Below, piece after piece: positions 41,163 to 50,267 of a DNA stretch of 64,000 bases. The stretch is from NCBI GenBank assembly GCA_036002325.1, contig DASYTJ010000026.1:2416-66415 (forward strand), in the 5' to 3' direction. The position numbers and the translations under genes are program-made. Origin of the DNA: Thermoanaerobaculia bacterium (GTDB lineage: Bacteria; Acidobacteriota; Thermoanaerobaculia; Multivoradales; UBA5704). Within the stretch, counting starts at the first letter, position 1. Each line of letters begins with the position of its first letter. Under the pieces are notes generated by a model. The model searched no databases. It was not told the origin of the DNA and was given only the letters and a program-made list of their open reading frames with translations.

Positions 41163-42425
41163 GTGAGGGCCCGTGCCCTCCTCCGCTTCGCCTCGCCGCG
41201 CCGCCTGCGCCGGACCTTCCTCTGGCTGCGCGAGGTGGCGGGCGAGATTCGACTTCGGCGCGCCGAGCCGCGCCTTACGGTGGCGGTGGACGTCAATTCG
41301 TTCTACGAGCCGCTGACCGGCGTCGGCTGGTACCTCCACCAGCTCCTGGTCCATCTGGCCGGGTGTAACGATCTCCGCCTGCGTCTCTATGGCCAGAGCC
41401 TGGTCGAAGAAGACCCCGGCGCGCCGCGGCCGGTGGCGGATTTCCCGCACGGTCCCGCCATCGAGCGGGTGATCTACAGCGCGCCGGACGGTCTGGTGAT
41501 CCCGCCCTGGCGGGCGCACCAGATCCTGCGCCGTCTGGCTCCCCTGCTCGTTGCGGCGGACGGCAACGACGTCCTCTTCGCGCCGAACTATCTCTTCCCT
41601 CCGCTCTTCCGCTTCGCCCACGGCGCCCGGGTGGCGACGGTGCATGACCTCGGCGTACGCAAGGTGCCATGGGCCGTGCGGCCGGACGCCGGCGAGGCGC
41701 TGCGCGACCGGCTCGAACGGACGTTCTTCGAGGCGGACCAGTTGCTCACCCCCAGCGAGGCGGTGCGGCAGGAGCTGATCGAGATCGGCGTGCGGCCGGA
41801 CGGAGTACGGGCGATCCATCACGGCACCGGCCTGGTGGCGGAAGCCGGCCCGGGGACTCCCCCGGCGGAGACTCCGCCGCGCTATGCGCTGCACGTGGGC
41901 ACCGTGGAGCCCCGCAAGAACGTCCCCACCCTGCTCGCCGCCTGGCAACGGCTGCGCGCGCGCCGCGCCGACCCGCCGCCACTCGTCCTCTGTGGCGGTT
42001 TCGGCTGGAAAGCGGCGGCGGTCCGGAGCGAGATCGCGGAGGCCGAGCGGGAGGGCTGGGTGGTCCATCTCGGCTACGTCGGCGCGGCGGAGCTGGCGGC
42101 GCTCTACCGCGGCGCCGAGTTGGTGGCGCTGCCGTCTTTCTACGAGGGTTTTGGCCTGCCTGCGATAGAGGCCCTGGCGGCAGGTACGCCGCTCGTGGCG
42201 AGCGATCTGCCCGTGCTGCGCGAAGTGGCGGGCGACGCGGCCCTCTACGCGCCACCGGACCGGCCGGACCTCTGGGCAGAGCGGATCGCGGCGCTGCTGG
42301 CGGACCCCGGGCTGCGGCAGCGGCTGACGCGCAGAGGGCTCGAGCGGGCGCGGCTCTTCGATTGGCGCCAGGCGGCGGCGGAGACGGCTCGGGCCTTTCG
42401 CGAAACTTCCCGCTCGCCGCGATGA
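41163..42425 (+). CDS. GT4 family glycosyltransferase
   Basis: GTG 41163 lies 8 nt after AGGAGGG. GT4 signature ALPSFYEGFGLPAIEALAAGTPLVASD. Confidence 0.85.
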   Translation: MRARALLRFASPRRLRRTFLWLREVAGEIRLRRAEPRLTVAVDVNSFYEPLTGVGWYLHQLLVHLAGCNDLRLRLYGQSLVEEDPGAPRPVADFPHGPAIERVIYSAPDGLVIPPWRAHQILRRLAPLLVAADGNDVLFAPNYLFPPLFRFAHGARVATVHDLGVRKVPWAVRPDAGEALRDRLERTFFEADQLLTPSEAVRQELIEIGVRPDGVRAIHHGTGLVAEAGPGTPPAETPPRYALHVGTVEPRKNVPTLLAAWQRLRARRADPPPLVLCGGFGWKAAAVRSEIAEAEREGWVVHLGYVGAAELAALYRGAELVALPSFYEGFGLPAIEALAAGTPLVASDLPVLREVAGDAALYAPPDRPDLWAERIAALLADPGLRQRLTRRGLERARLFDWRQAAAETARAFRETSRSPR

Positions 42426-42441
42426 AGTACACTCCCCGCCC

Positions 42442-44688
42442 ATGTCCCCGGGCCGTTCCGATCGCGCCGTGCACCTCGTCCTGTCCGCTCTGATCGCGGC
42501 CACTCTTCTCGGCGGCGCGCTGTTCCCGGCCGCGCCGCGGGCCTTCCAGGCGATCGTCTTCGCGGCGATGCTCGCCGCGCTGTGGGGAACGGGATCGCGC
42601 CTCTGCCGCTGGCTGGTCGGCGACTGGGAGCCGCTGAGCCGCCGGATCGCCGCGTTCACGTTCGCCGTCGGCGTCGCGGTCGTGCCGGCGACCTGGATGG
42701 GCCACTTCGGTGTGCTGCGGCCGGGACCGTTCCTGATGTGGACGGCGGCGGCCTTTCTGCTGAGCCTGTTGTTGCCGGAGAGCAACGCAGCGGCGGGGAC
42801 TGGCCCCGCGCCGACGAAAGACACCTCGCGGTCCGAACGCATCGAAACCGCGCTCCTCATCGCCGCCGCGCTGGCGATCGGCCTCATCCTCCTGCGCGAA
42901 GTGAAGGGCATGCGGTACCTGCCGCCGGGCTCGTACGACGACCTGTCGTACCACCTTTCCGCGGTCGCCACCTGGATCCGCCACGGCGACCTGCGGATGA
43001 TCCGGTTTTCGATGGGCGATACGAGCACGCCTTACTACCCGATCCTGGGAGAGATGTCCTCATGGGTGCTGTTCGCGCCGTTTCGCGACAGCGACGTGGC
43101 GGCGCGCTGGACGCAGCTTCCCTTCGCTTGCTTCTCCATTCTGGCGGCCGCCGCCATCGCCCGGCGGCTGGGCCTGGGGCGGCGGGACGCGGCGCTGGCC
43201 GCCGTCGCGTACGCCGGCATCTACCATGTCTTCCCCTTCCTCGCGATGGGGGCCGGCAACGATCACAGCCTGTCCTTCTTCACTCTCGCCGCCGTCGACG
43301 GCTCGCTCGCCTTCGCCCGGCGCCCGCGCGCGGGAGAGGCCGTGGCGACCGGCACCGCGCTGGGGCTGCTGCTCGCCACCAAGTACATCGCCGTCCTCTT
43401 CGCGCCCGTGCTCGTCGCGCTGCTGCTCCTCGCCTTGCTGGTCGATCGGCGGCGGCGGGAAGAAACGGAGACTGCCGGCGCGGGATCGTTGGCCGGCCTT
43501 GCCACTCTGCTCGTCGCCGTGATGCTCGCCACCGGCGGCTACACCTACCTGCGGAACGCGGTGACGGCGGGCAACCCGATCTTCCCGGCGCCGGTGCGGG
43601 TCCTCGGCGTCGAGCTCTTCCCGGGATGGGTGAACCTTCTGGAGCGCGACACCTCTCCCGAGTATCAGATCGACGTCTGGCACTTCCTGACCCGGCGGAC
43701 GCGGCTGTTCGGCCACTACTTCCCGTTCACGTTGCTCCCCGCCGCTCTGCTGGCGCCGCTGCTGGCCCTGGCGCGGCGCCGGTGGCGGGAGGCGCTGGTG
43801 TTCACGTTGCCGGCGGTCTTCTTCCTGCAGTTCCGTTTCCTGATACACGATCACCGGGATATCCGCTACTTCCTTCCCGGGATCGCTCTCGCCGCCGTGG
43901 CGTTCGCCTGGCTGCTCGCTCGCATCGGTCCCCGGATCTTCCCCTTCCGAGCCGCCATTCTGGTGTGGATCGTCTGGCAGGAGGTCCGGCTCTTCCACCG
44001 GCCGAACGTATGGAAGCTCCTGGTGACGCTGGCCCTCCTCGGCATCGGAGCGCTGCTGGAGATCGCCTGGCGGAAATGGCGGGCGCGGCCATGGGCTCCG
44101 AACCTGCGATCCTGGAGCGAGAGGTGGGGACCGGTCGCCGCGGCGGCGCTGGTGGCCATCGCCGCCCTGCCGGCCGGGTGGATGATCGGAAAGTATCAAG
44201 CGGTGAAGCTCGGCCGCGAGCCGGCGCCGCTGGCGCTCGAGCGGCTGGCCGGGCCGGACGGCGCGCGCGTGGCCTACGCCGGGCTGAACAAGCCGTATCT
44301 TTTCTTCGGCAGCCGCCTGCAGAACCAGTTGGAGATCGTGCCGCGGAGCCGCGCCCTTGCCGCGCGCACCTACCGCTGGGGAAGCGGGATGGCCGAACCC
44401 TACGCAATGGGCCCCTACCGTCGGTGGCGAGGCAACCTGGAACGGCTGGGGATTGAATTCGTGGTCCTCATTCGGACGCCGTGGTCGGACCCGGAGGGGA
44501 GCTGGCTGACCCACCGGGCAAAGGACTTCCAGCTCGCCTATCGGGACGCGGAGACGGAGATCTGGCGGGTCTTGCCCAGTGAGAAGGCAACCAGGAAGCG
44601 CGGCGGAGCAAGTCGTCCAGTGCACCGGCGAAGAGGACCAGGAGCGGGATCGAGGCCTGGAGCAGGAAACGGTTCCAACTCGTCCTGA
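42442..44688 (+). CDS. Large polytopic membrane protein with a C-terminal soluble domain (GT-C / polymerase-like candidate)
   Basis: 748 aa with more than 12 hydrophobic segments and loop motif PPGSYDDLSYHLSAV. Function is inferred from context only. Confidence 0.6.
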   Translation: MSPGRSDRAVHLVLSALIAATLLGGALFPAAPRAFQAIVFAAMLAALWGTGSRLCRWLVGDWEPLSRRIAAFTFAVGVAVVPATWMGHFGVLRPGPFLMWTAAAFLLSLLLPESNAAAGTGPAPTKDTSRSERIETALLIAAALAIGLILLREVKGMRYLPPGSYDDLSYHLSAVATWIRHGDLRMIRFSMGDTSTPYYPILGEMSSWVLFAPFRDSDVAARWTQLPFACFSILAAAAIARRLGLGRRDAALAAVAYAGIYHVFPFLAMGAGNDHSLSFFTLAAVDGSLAFARRPRAGEAVATGTALGLLLATKYIAVLFAPVLVALLLLALLVDRRRREETETAGAGSLAGLATLLVAVMLATGGYTYLRNAVTAGNPIFPAPVRVLGVELFPGWVNLLERDTSPEYQIDVWHFLTRRTRLFGHYFPFTLLPAALLAPLLALARRRWREALVFTLPAVFFLQFRFLIHDHRDIRYFLPGIALAAVAFAWLLARIGPRIFPFRAAILVWIVWQEVRLFHRPNVWKLLVTLALLGIGALLEIAWRKWRARPWAPNLRSWSERWGPVAAAALVAIAALPAGWMIGKYQAVKLGREPAPLALERLAGPDGARVAYAGLNKPYLFFGSRLQNQLEIVPRSRALAARTYRWGSGMAEPYAMGPYRRWRGNLERLGIEFVVLIRTPWSDPEGSWLTHRAKDFQLAYRDAETEIWRVLPSEKATRKRGGASRPVHRRRGPGAGSRPGAGNGSNSS

Positions 44689-45997
44689 CGATGTTGACGG
44701 GCTCGAGGCTGATCGAGTAGGCGGTCCAGGCGATCCCCAGCGGCGCCGCGGCCGCCAGAGCCAGGGCCGGCGCAGCGCGGCGCCGCAGGCCTCGCACGCC
44801 GGCGAGGAGGACCAGCAGCGCGGCGGACCAGAAGAGATCCCAGTCCATGAGCTCGTGCCAGATCCGCGGCAGGAGGAGCGGGAGGCGCCGGACCGCTCCG
44901 GGCCAGAGGCCGCTCCAGGCGACAATGCGTTGGTAGCTCTGGAACCGGTCGGGGATCTCCGAGCGCCAGGCGAACAGCAGGATCAAAGCCGCGGCCATGA
45001 TTCCGGCGGCCAGAGCGAAGGGTTTCCACCGGCGCGCCAACCGGCGGTGAACGGAATTCAGCTCGGCCCGTCCATGCCCCAGGAACGCGGCCAGGGTCAA
45101 GGCCCACAGCGCCAGGGGCGCGCCCTCGTTCTTGGTCAGGACGGCCGCGCCTAGCAGGAGCCCGGCCGCCGCCCCGTCCGAGAGCCGCGGCCGGGGCTTC
45201 AGCAGAAGCAGCAAGCCGGCGCCGTAGAAGCAGGCCAGCGGCAGGTCGCTGTAGGCGCTGATCGCGCCGCCTTCGAGCTCGAAGGCGGGCACCGGGAGGA
45301 GAGCGGCCGCGAGGGTCGTGAGGGCCGCGGCGCGGCGGCCCGTCCACCGCCTCGCGCCGCCGTAGAGGATGAGCAGCCAGGCAGGGAAAAAGCAGGCGTA
45401 CAGGCCGCGGAAGAATTGCTGGTCCTGCCCTGCCCGCCACAGCTCGAGCACCGCGGCCTGGGCCACCGGCAGGAGCACCGGATACCATGGGTGGCTGATG
45501 TACCAGCCGCTCTGCGTGAGCACGCGCGGGGTTACCGTGCCCTCGGCGCGCAGGTAGCGCGCTTGGGTGGCCCAGGTCATCCTGCCGTCCCAATCGCGGG
45601 CCGGGTAGGTGAGCGCATCGCCGAGGACGGCGAGGAAGACCAGCGCCGAAACGACGATCGCCGTGACCTGCGGCACCGTCCACCTGGCGCGGCGGGTGCG
45701 GCGGCGAGCCGGCTGCCGTGGACCGCGGCGCCGACTCCAGATGAGGATAGCGAGCCAAACCAGGATCGGCGCCGAAGCCACGGTCAGGATGGCCGGGCTT
45801 CGCAGCGGCACGGCGAACCAGTAGGAGAGCGCGTAGAGGGTGCCGGCCACCCAGGCGACGCCCAACAGGAAGCCATGGGCGAGCCGGCGGCCCGGCGGCA
45901 GGGCCCGCAGCGCCGGCAGAAGCTGGACGAGGGCCGCGCCCGGCAGGAGGAAGAGCGCCACTCCCGCGAGCTGGGCCAGCTTCTCAAACGCCGTCAT
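44468..45997 (-). CDS. Polytopic membrane protein, GT-C (family 39/ArnT-like) candidate
   Basis: 509 aa with many TM segments and motifs YPARDWDGRMTW and AVLTKNEGAPLA. Its 3' end overlaps the convergent gene by 221 nt. Confidence 0.6.
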   Translation of the reverse strand: MTAFEKLAQLAGVALFLLPGAALVQLLPALRALPPGRRLAHGFLLGVAWVAGTLYALSYWFAVPLRSPAILTVASAPILVWLAILIWSRRRGPRQPARRRTRRARWTVPQVTAIVVSALVFLAVLGDALTYPARDWDGRMTWATQARYLRAEGTVTPRVLTQSGWYISHPWYPVLLPVAQAAVLELWRAGQDQQFFRGLYACFFPAWLLILYGGARRWTGRRAAALTTLAAALLPVPAFELEGGAISAYSDLPLACFYGAGLLLLLKPRPRLSDGAAAGLLLGAAVLTKNEGAPLALWALTLAAFLGHGRAELNSVHRRLARRWKPFALAAGIMAAALILLFAWRSEIPDRFQSYQRIVAWSGLWPGAVRRLPLLLPRIWHELMDWDLFWSAALLVLLAGVRGLRRRAAPALALAAAAPLGIAWTAYSISLEPVNIVRTSWNRFLLQASIPLLVLFAGALDDLLRRASWLPSHWARPARSPSPRPDRRAGSPLPGGSASSPPGPTTASE

Positions 45998-46457
45998 GAG
46001 AGCGGTCGAGCGCGCGCAGGAACTCTTCGCGCTCCATCAGGACCGGCGCCCGGGGCTCGCTGTAGGCGATGATCACCCAGCGGGAGCCGGAAGGCAGCCG
46101 GCGGCGGAGTGTTTCGCCGTCGGGGAGCTCGTTCCAGCCACCGAGGAAGCGCGCGCGGCGCGGCGCCAGCTCGAACCGTACCCAGTAGGCGCCGCCGCCT
46201 TCGCCTTCCGTACTGCCGCGGACGAGCAGGTACTCGCCGTCACGCGGGATGGTCCGGCGGAGCCGCTCGATCGCCCGCACATAGGTGATCCCCAGGATGT
46301 GGCGGCGGACGGCGAGAGAGTCCTGACCGGCCAACGCGGAGGTCTGGCTGAGCCAGCCATAGACGCGCTCCGCCGTCGCGGCCCCCGAGTGTGCCAGGAA
46401 GAGTGCGAAGACCCCCAGCGCCAGGGCGCGGAAGGCAGAGCCGGCGAAGCTGGACAC
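45984..46457 (-). CDS. Hypothetical protein with an N-terminal signal/anchor
   Basis: GTG 46457. MSSFAGSAFRALALGVFALFLAHSGAATA. The 3' end overlaps the next gene start by 14 nt. Confidence 0.5.
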   Translation of the reverse strand: MSSFAGSAFRALALGVFALFLAHSGAATAERVYGWLSQTSALAGQDSLAVRRHILGITYVRAIERLRRTIPRDGEYLLVRGSTEGEGGGAYWVRFELAPRRARFLGGWNELPDGETLRRRLPSGSRWVIIAYSEPRAPVLMEREEFLRALDRSHDGV

Positions 46458-46477
46458 GCGGGATGTCTATCACGGTT

Positions 46478-46529
46478 CGAGCTCACTCCAGCCCCTCTCC
46501 TTCAGGAGAAGGGGCAGGGGGTGAGCTCG
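46478..46529. repeat. GC-rich palindromic repeat element (single hairpin module)
   Basis: CGAGCTCACTCCAGCCCCTCTCC-TTCA-GGAGAAGGGGCAGGGGGTGAGCTCG in a divergent intergenic region. Confidence 0.7.
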
Positions 46530-46582
46530 AGCCTGCGGTCTCTAAAACCTTGGAACCGCGGCCTGCCGATAGAATCCGCGCC

Positions 46583-47698
46583 ATGCCGGCCCTGCCCACC
46601 GTCGCGGTCGACCTGCGCGCCCTGGTCCCCGCGCCCACGGGTATCGGTGTCTACACCCGTTCGCTGCTGCTGGCGCTCGCCGCACGCAACGGCATGCGCT
46701 ACCTGGGGATGGCCCACCGTCCGCCGCGCGGCGCCGCCGAGCTGCGAGCGGCGGGGATCGCCATCGAGCATCACGAGGCTCCTCTCGGCGTGCTCTGGCA
46801 GCAGCTACGGCTGCCGCGACGACTGGGACGGGGAGACGTCGACCTGCTCTGGTCGCCGCTCATCACCCTGCCGCTCCGCTGCCCGGTGCCGGCGGTCGCC
46901 ACCGTCCACGACTTGACGGCGCTGCTCTTCCCCGAAGCCCACACGCTCAAGGTACGGTGGAGCCTGCTGCCGTTCCTCCGCTCCTCGCTCGAGCAGGCGC
47001 GCCGGCTGGTGGCCATCTCCGCGGCTACGGCCCGGGACCTCGCATTCCACTTCCCCGATTGCGCGGACAAGGTGCGGGTGATCTACCCCGGGATCGATCC
47101 CGAGTTCAGGCCTGGAACGCCGGAGGAGATCGCGGCCATGCGAGGCGAGCTGGAGACGCCTGACGGCTATCTCCTCTACGCCGGGACGCTCGAGCCGCGC
47201 AAGAACGTCGGCGCCCTGATCGATGCCTGGGAGCTGCTGCGGGCGGAGGATCCGGGGACGCCGCCGCTCGTCCTCGCCGGCCCTCACGGCTGGGGGGGCG
47301 AGAGGCTGGCACGGCGGATCGAGAAGCTGCGTCCGCAAGGTCTGCGCTGGCTCGGGAGAGTCGAGCGCCCGCGGCTGGTGCGGCTCTTTCAGGCCGCCCG
47401 CATCTTCATTTTTCCGTCGCTCTACGAGGGCTTCGGGCTCCCCGCCGCCGAGGCCCTCGCTTGCGGCGTGCCGGTGGTGGTCGCGAATACCTCCAGCCTG
47501 CCGGAGGTGGTGGGCGACGCGGGCCTGCTCGCGGATCCGGGCGACGCCGGAGCGCTCGCGGGACGGATCCAGCTCCTGCTCGCCGATCCCGGCAAGGCGG
47601 CGGAGCTCGCCGCCCGCGGCCTCGAACAGGCGGCCCGCTTTCGCTGGGACCGGGCGGCACGGGAAATGGAGGAGGTGTTCTTCGAGACTCTCGGTTGA
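46583..47698 (+). CDS. GT4 family glycosyltransferase
   Basis: ATG 46583. N-terminus VAVDLRALVPAPTGIGVYTRSLL. Signature FPSLYEGFGLPAAEALACGVPVVVAN. The track ORF starts at 46391. Confidence 0.9.
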   Translation: MPALPTVAVDLRALVPAPTGIGVYTRSLLLALAARNGMRYLGMAHRPPRGAAELRAAGIAIEHHEAPLGVLWQQLRLPRRLGRGDVDLLWSPLITLPLRCPVPAVATVHDLTALLFPEAHTLKVRWSLLPFLRSSLEQARRLVAISAATARDLAFHFPDCADKVRVIYPGIDPEFRPGTPEEIAAMRGELETPDGYLLYAGTLEPRKNVGALIDAWELLRAEDPGTPPLVLAGPHGWGGERLARRIEKLRPQGLRWLGRVERPRLVRLFQAARIFIFPSLYEGFGLPAAEALACGVPVVVANTSSLPEVVGDAGLLADPGDAGALAGRIQLLLADPGKAAELAARGLEQAARFRWDRAAREMEEVFFETLG

Positions 47699-47715
47699 GC
47701 AGGCGATCTGCCCGC

Positions 47716-47867
47716 GAAACCTCACCCCCTGGCCCCCTCTCCACGAAGTGGAGAGGGGGAACGAAACAAAACCGGTCCTGCCCGAAAAGGTGCGCGCTCG
47801 GCAAGACTCTTCACCTGCGCTCCCCCTCTCCAGCTCCGCTGGAGAGGGGGCCGGGGGGTGAGGTTTC
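47716..47867. repeat. Composite GC-rich palindromic element: two hairpin modules in inverted orientation flanking a lower-GC spacer (MITE-like)
   Basis: GAAACCTCACCCCCTGGCCCCCTCTCCA-cgaag-TGGAGAGGGGG ... CCCCCTCTCCA-gctccgc-TGGAGAGGGGGCCGGGGGGTGAGGTTTC. The outer 28-nt arms are inverted repeats with 1 mismatch. Confidence 0.7.
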
Positions 47868-47952
47868 GGAGGGCATGCCGCTGCCCGATCCAAACCCTAG
47901 AAGACGTGTAAGGTAGAATCCCCCGTCCTATCATCCGCTCCGGGAGCGCTTT

Positions 47953-49113
47953 TTGCCCTACACCATCGGCATCGACGCCCGCAAGATTCAGGACTTCGGG
48001 ATCGGCACCTACGTCCGGAACCTCATCCGATCGCTCGCCGCGCTCGACTCGGAGAACCGCTACGTGCTGCTGGCGAAACCGGGAGACCGCGAGGGGCTGC
48101 TCGACCTGCCGGACAACTTCCAGGTGGCGCTCGAGAGCTCTCCGGTCTACTCCGTTCGCGAGCTGATCTCCCTCAGTTGGCATCTCTTCCGGCGGAAGCT
48201 CGACCTCTACCACTCGACCCACTACGTGCTGCCGGCCTGGGTGCACTCCAAGGTCGTGGTGACGATTCACGACATCATCCACCTGCTCTACCCGGAGTTT
48301 CTCCCCAGCAACCTCGCCTTCCTTTACGCGCAGCGCATGATCCGCCGCAGCCTGACGCGCGGCGACCGCATCATCGCCGTGTCGCAGACCACCCGCAGCG
48401 ATCTTATGCAGCACTTCGAGGTGGACGGCCGCAAGATCGAGGTGGTCTACAACGGCGTCGAGGATTCCTTCCGCCGGCGGCTGGCGTCCGAGGAGCTGCA
48501 GCGCTGGCTGCGCGACCTGGGAATCGTCCAGCCCTACGTCCTCTTCGTGGGCAACCCGGCCAAGCCGCACAAGAACCTGGACACCGTCGTGCAGGCTTAC
48601 GCGCGGGCGCGGCGAATGGCGCAGTTCGACGCGCCGCTGATCTGCGTCGGCAGCCGGCAGGGCTCGGAGTACAAGATCCGGCAGCGCGCCGAGTACCTGG
48701 GCATCGGCGACAAGGTCCGGCTGCTCGGCCACGTGGCGCAGGAGGCGCTGCCGGCCATCTACCAGGGAGCCACGCTGTTCCTCTATCCGACCCTCTATGA
48801 GGGCTTCGGCTTGCCGGTGATCGAAGCGATGGCCTCGGGGGTGGCGGTGATCACGTCCAACACGTCGGCCCTCAAGGAGATCGCCGAGGGGTACGCGCTG
48901 CTGGTGGATCCGCTGGACCTCGACGGCATTGCCAAGGCCATCGCCCACCTGATGGGGAGCCCCGAGCGCCGCTCCGCCTTCGCGGAACGCGGCGCCGGAC
49001 GCGCCGAGGACTTCCGCTGGCAGGAAACCGCGCGGGAGACGCTGGACATCTACCTGGCGGCGATCGAAGGTCGTCCTCTGGCGCCTGCCCGTTCACGCGG
49101 AGACGAGGCGTGA
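47953..49113 (+). CDS. GT4 family glycosyltransferase
   Basis: TTG 47953 (PYTIGIDARKIQDFGIGTYVRNL). Signature LYPTLYEGFGLPVIEAMASGVAVITSN. Confidence 0.85.
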   Translation: MPYTIGIDARKIQDFGIGTYVRNLIRSLAALDSENRYVLLAKPGDREGLLDLPDNFQVALESSPVYSVRELISLSWHLFRRKLDLYHSTHYVLPAWVHSKVVVTIHDIIHLLYPEFLPSNLAFLYAQRMIRRSLTRGDRIIAVSQTTRSDLMQHFEVDGRKIEVVYNGVEDSFRRRLASEELQRWLRDLGIVQPYVLFVGNPAKPHKNLDTVVQAYARARRMAQFDAPLICVGSRQGSEYKIRQRAEYLGIGDKVRLLGHVAQEALPAIYQGATLFLYPTLYEGFGLPVIEAMASGVAVITSNTSALKEIAEGYALLVDPLDLDGIAKAIAHLMGSPERRSAFAERGAGRAEDFRWQETARETLDIYLAAIEGRPLAPARSRGDEA

Positions 49114-50249
49114 CTCCGCCCGCTCTCACGCCGCCCTTCCCCAGGCCGCCGCAGCCCCGGGTCGCCCTGGTGCACGACTGGCTGACCGGCATGCGCGGCG
49201 GCGAGAAGGTCATCGAGGTCCTGGGTGGGATGTTCCCTGAAGCTCCTCTCTTCACCCTCTTTCATTTCCCGGGCAGCGTGAGCTCAGCCATCGAGTCGCA
49301 TCCGATCCGCACCAGCTTCCTGCAGCGGGCGCCCGGCATTCGCGACCACTACCGGCGCTATCTGCCGCTCTTCCCTGCGGCCATCGAGGAGTTCGACCTC
49401 TCCGGCTTCGACGTGGTCGTGAGCTCCAGCCACTCCGTCGCCAAGGGGGTCATCGTGGCGCCGGAGGCTTTCCACTTCTGCTACTGCCACACGCCGATGC
49501 GCTATGCCTGGGACCAGGAGCACGCCTACTTTCCCGACCGCACCGGCGTCGTGGCCCGGCTGCGGTCGCTGGCGTTGACGGCGCTGCGCGCCTGGGACGT
49601 TTCCTCGGCCGCGCGCGTAAACCTCTTCGCAGCCAACTCGCGCTTCGTGGCGCGCCGCATCAAGACCTACTACCGCCGGCCGGCGGTAGTGGTCCACCCG
49701 CCGGTGGACGTGGAGTTCTTCACTCCCGGTCCGGCCGGCGAGGAGGCCGAAGGGGAAGGGTACTGCCTGATGGTCTCGGCTCTCGCGCCGTACAAGAGGG
49801 TCGAGCAGGCCATGGCGGCCTGCGAGAAGCTGCGGCTCGAGCTACGCGTGGTCGGCGAAGGGCCCGAGCGGCAGCGGCTGGAGGCGATGGCCGGCCCGCG
49901 GGTGCATTTCCTCGGCAGCGTCGACCCGCAGAGGCTGCGGGATCTCTACCGCGGCGCCCTCCTCTTCCTTCAGCCCGGTATCGAGGACTTCGGCATCGCC
50001 TCGGTGGAGGCGCTCGCCTGTGGCACTCCGGTGGTCGCGGTGGCCCGCGGCGGCATCCTCGACGTGGTCGAGGACGGCCGGCACGGCGTCCTCTATCCGG
50101 ACTGGGCGGGCCCCGCGGCGCTGGCCGAAGCGATTGACAAAGCTCGCCGGATCGGATTCAATTCCTTGGACCTGCGCGATCGAGCCGAATCGTTTTCCGT
50201 CGCGCGATTCAGCGATCGCGTCCGTTCTCTGCTGTCTCATCGGTTGTGA
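49110..50249 (+). CDS. GT4 family glycosyltransferase
   Basis: GTG 49110 overlaps the previous stop (GTGA). RVALVHDWLTGMRGGEKV. Signature LQPGIEDFGIASVEALACGTPVVA. Confidence 0.85.
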   Translation: MTPPALTPPFPRPPQPRVALVHDWLTGMRGGEKVIEVLGGMFPEAPLFTLFHFPGSVSSAIESHPIRTSFLQRAPGIRDHYRRYLPLFPAAIEEFDLSGFDVVVSSSHSVAKGVIVAPEAFHFCYCHTPMRYAWDQEHAYFPDRTGVVARLRSLALTALRAWDVSSAARVNLFAANSRFVARRIKTYYRRPAVVVHPPVDVEFFTPGPAGEEAEGEGYCLMVSALAPYKRVEQAMAACEKLRLELRVVGEGPERQRLEAMAGPRVHFLGSVDPQRLRDLYRGALLFLQPGIEDFGIASVEALACGTPVVAVARGGILDVVEDGRHGVLYPDWAGPAALAEAIDKARRIGFNSLDLRDRAESFSVARFSDRVRSLLSHRL

Positions 50250-50267
50250 GTTGAGGGCTCCTCTCTT

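Noticed and set aside
46470-46535. A tRNA-like GGTTCGAGCTC T-loop resemblance, and a similar GGCTCGAACCC at about 5380.
   Set aside because: No acceptor stem, anticodon arm or D-arm can be folded around either site. The first belongs to the palindromic repeat element.
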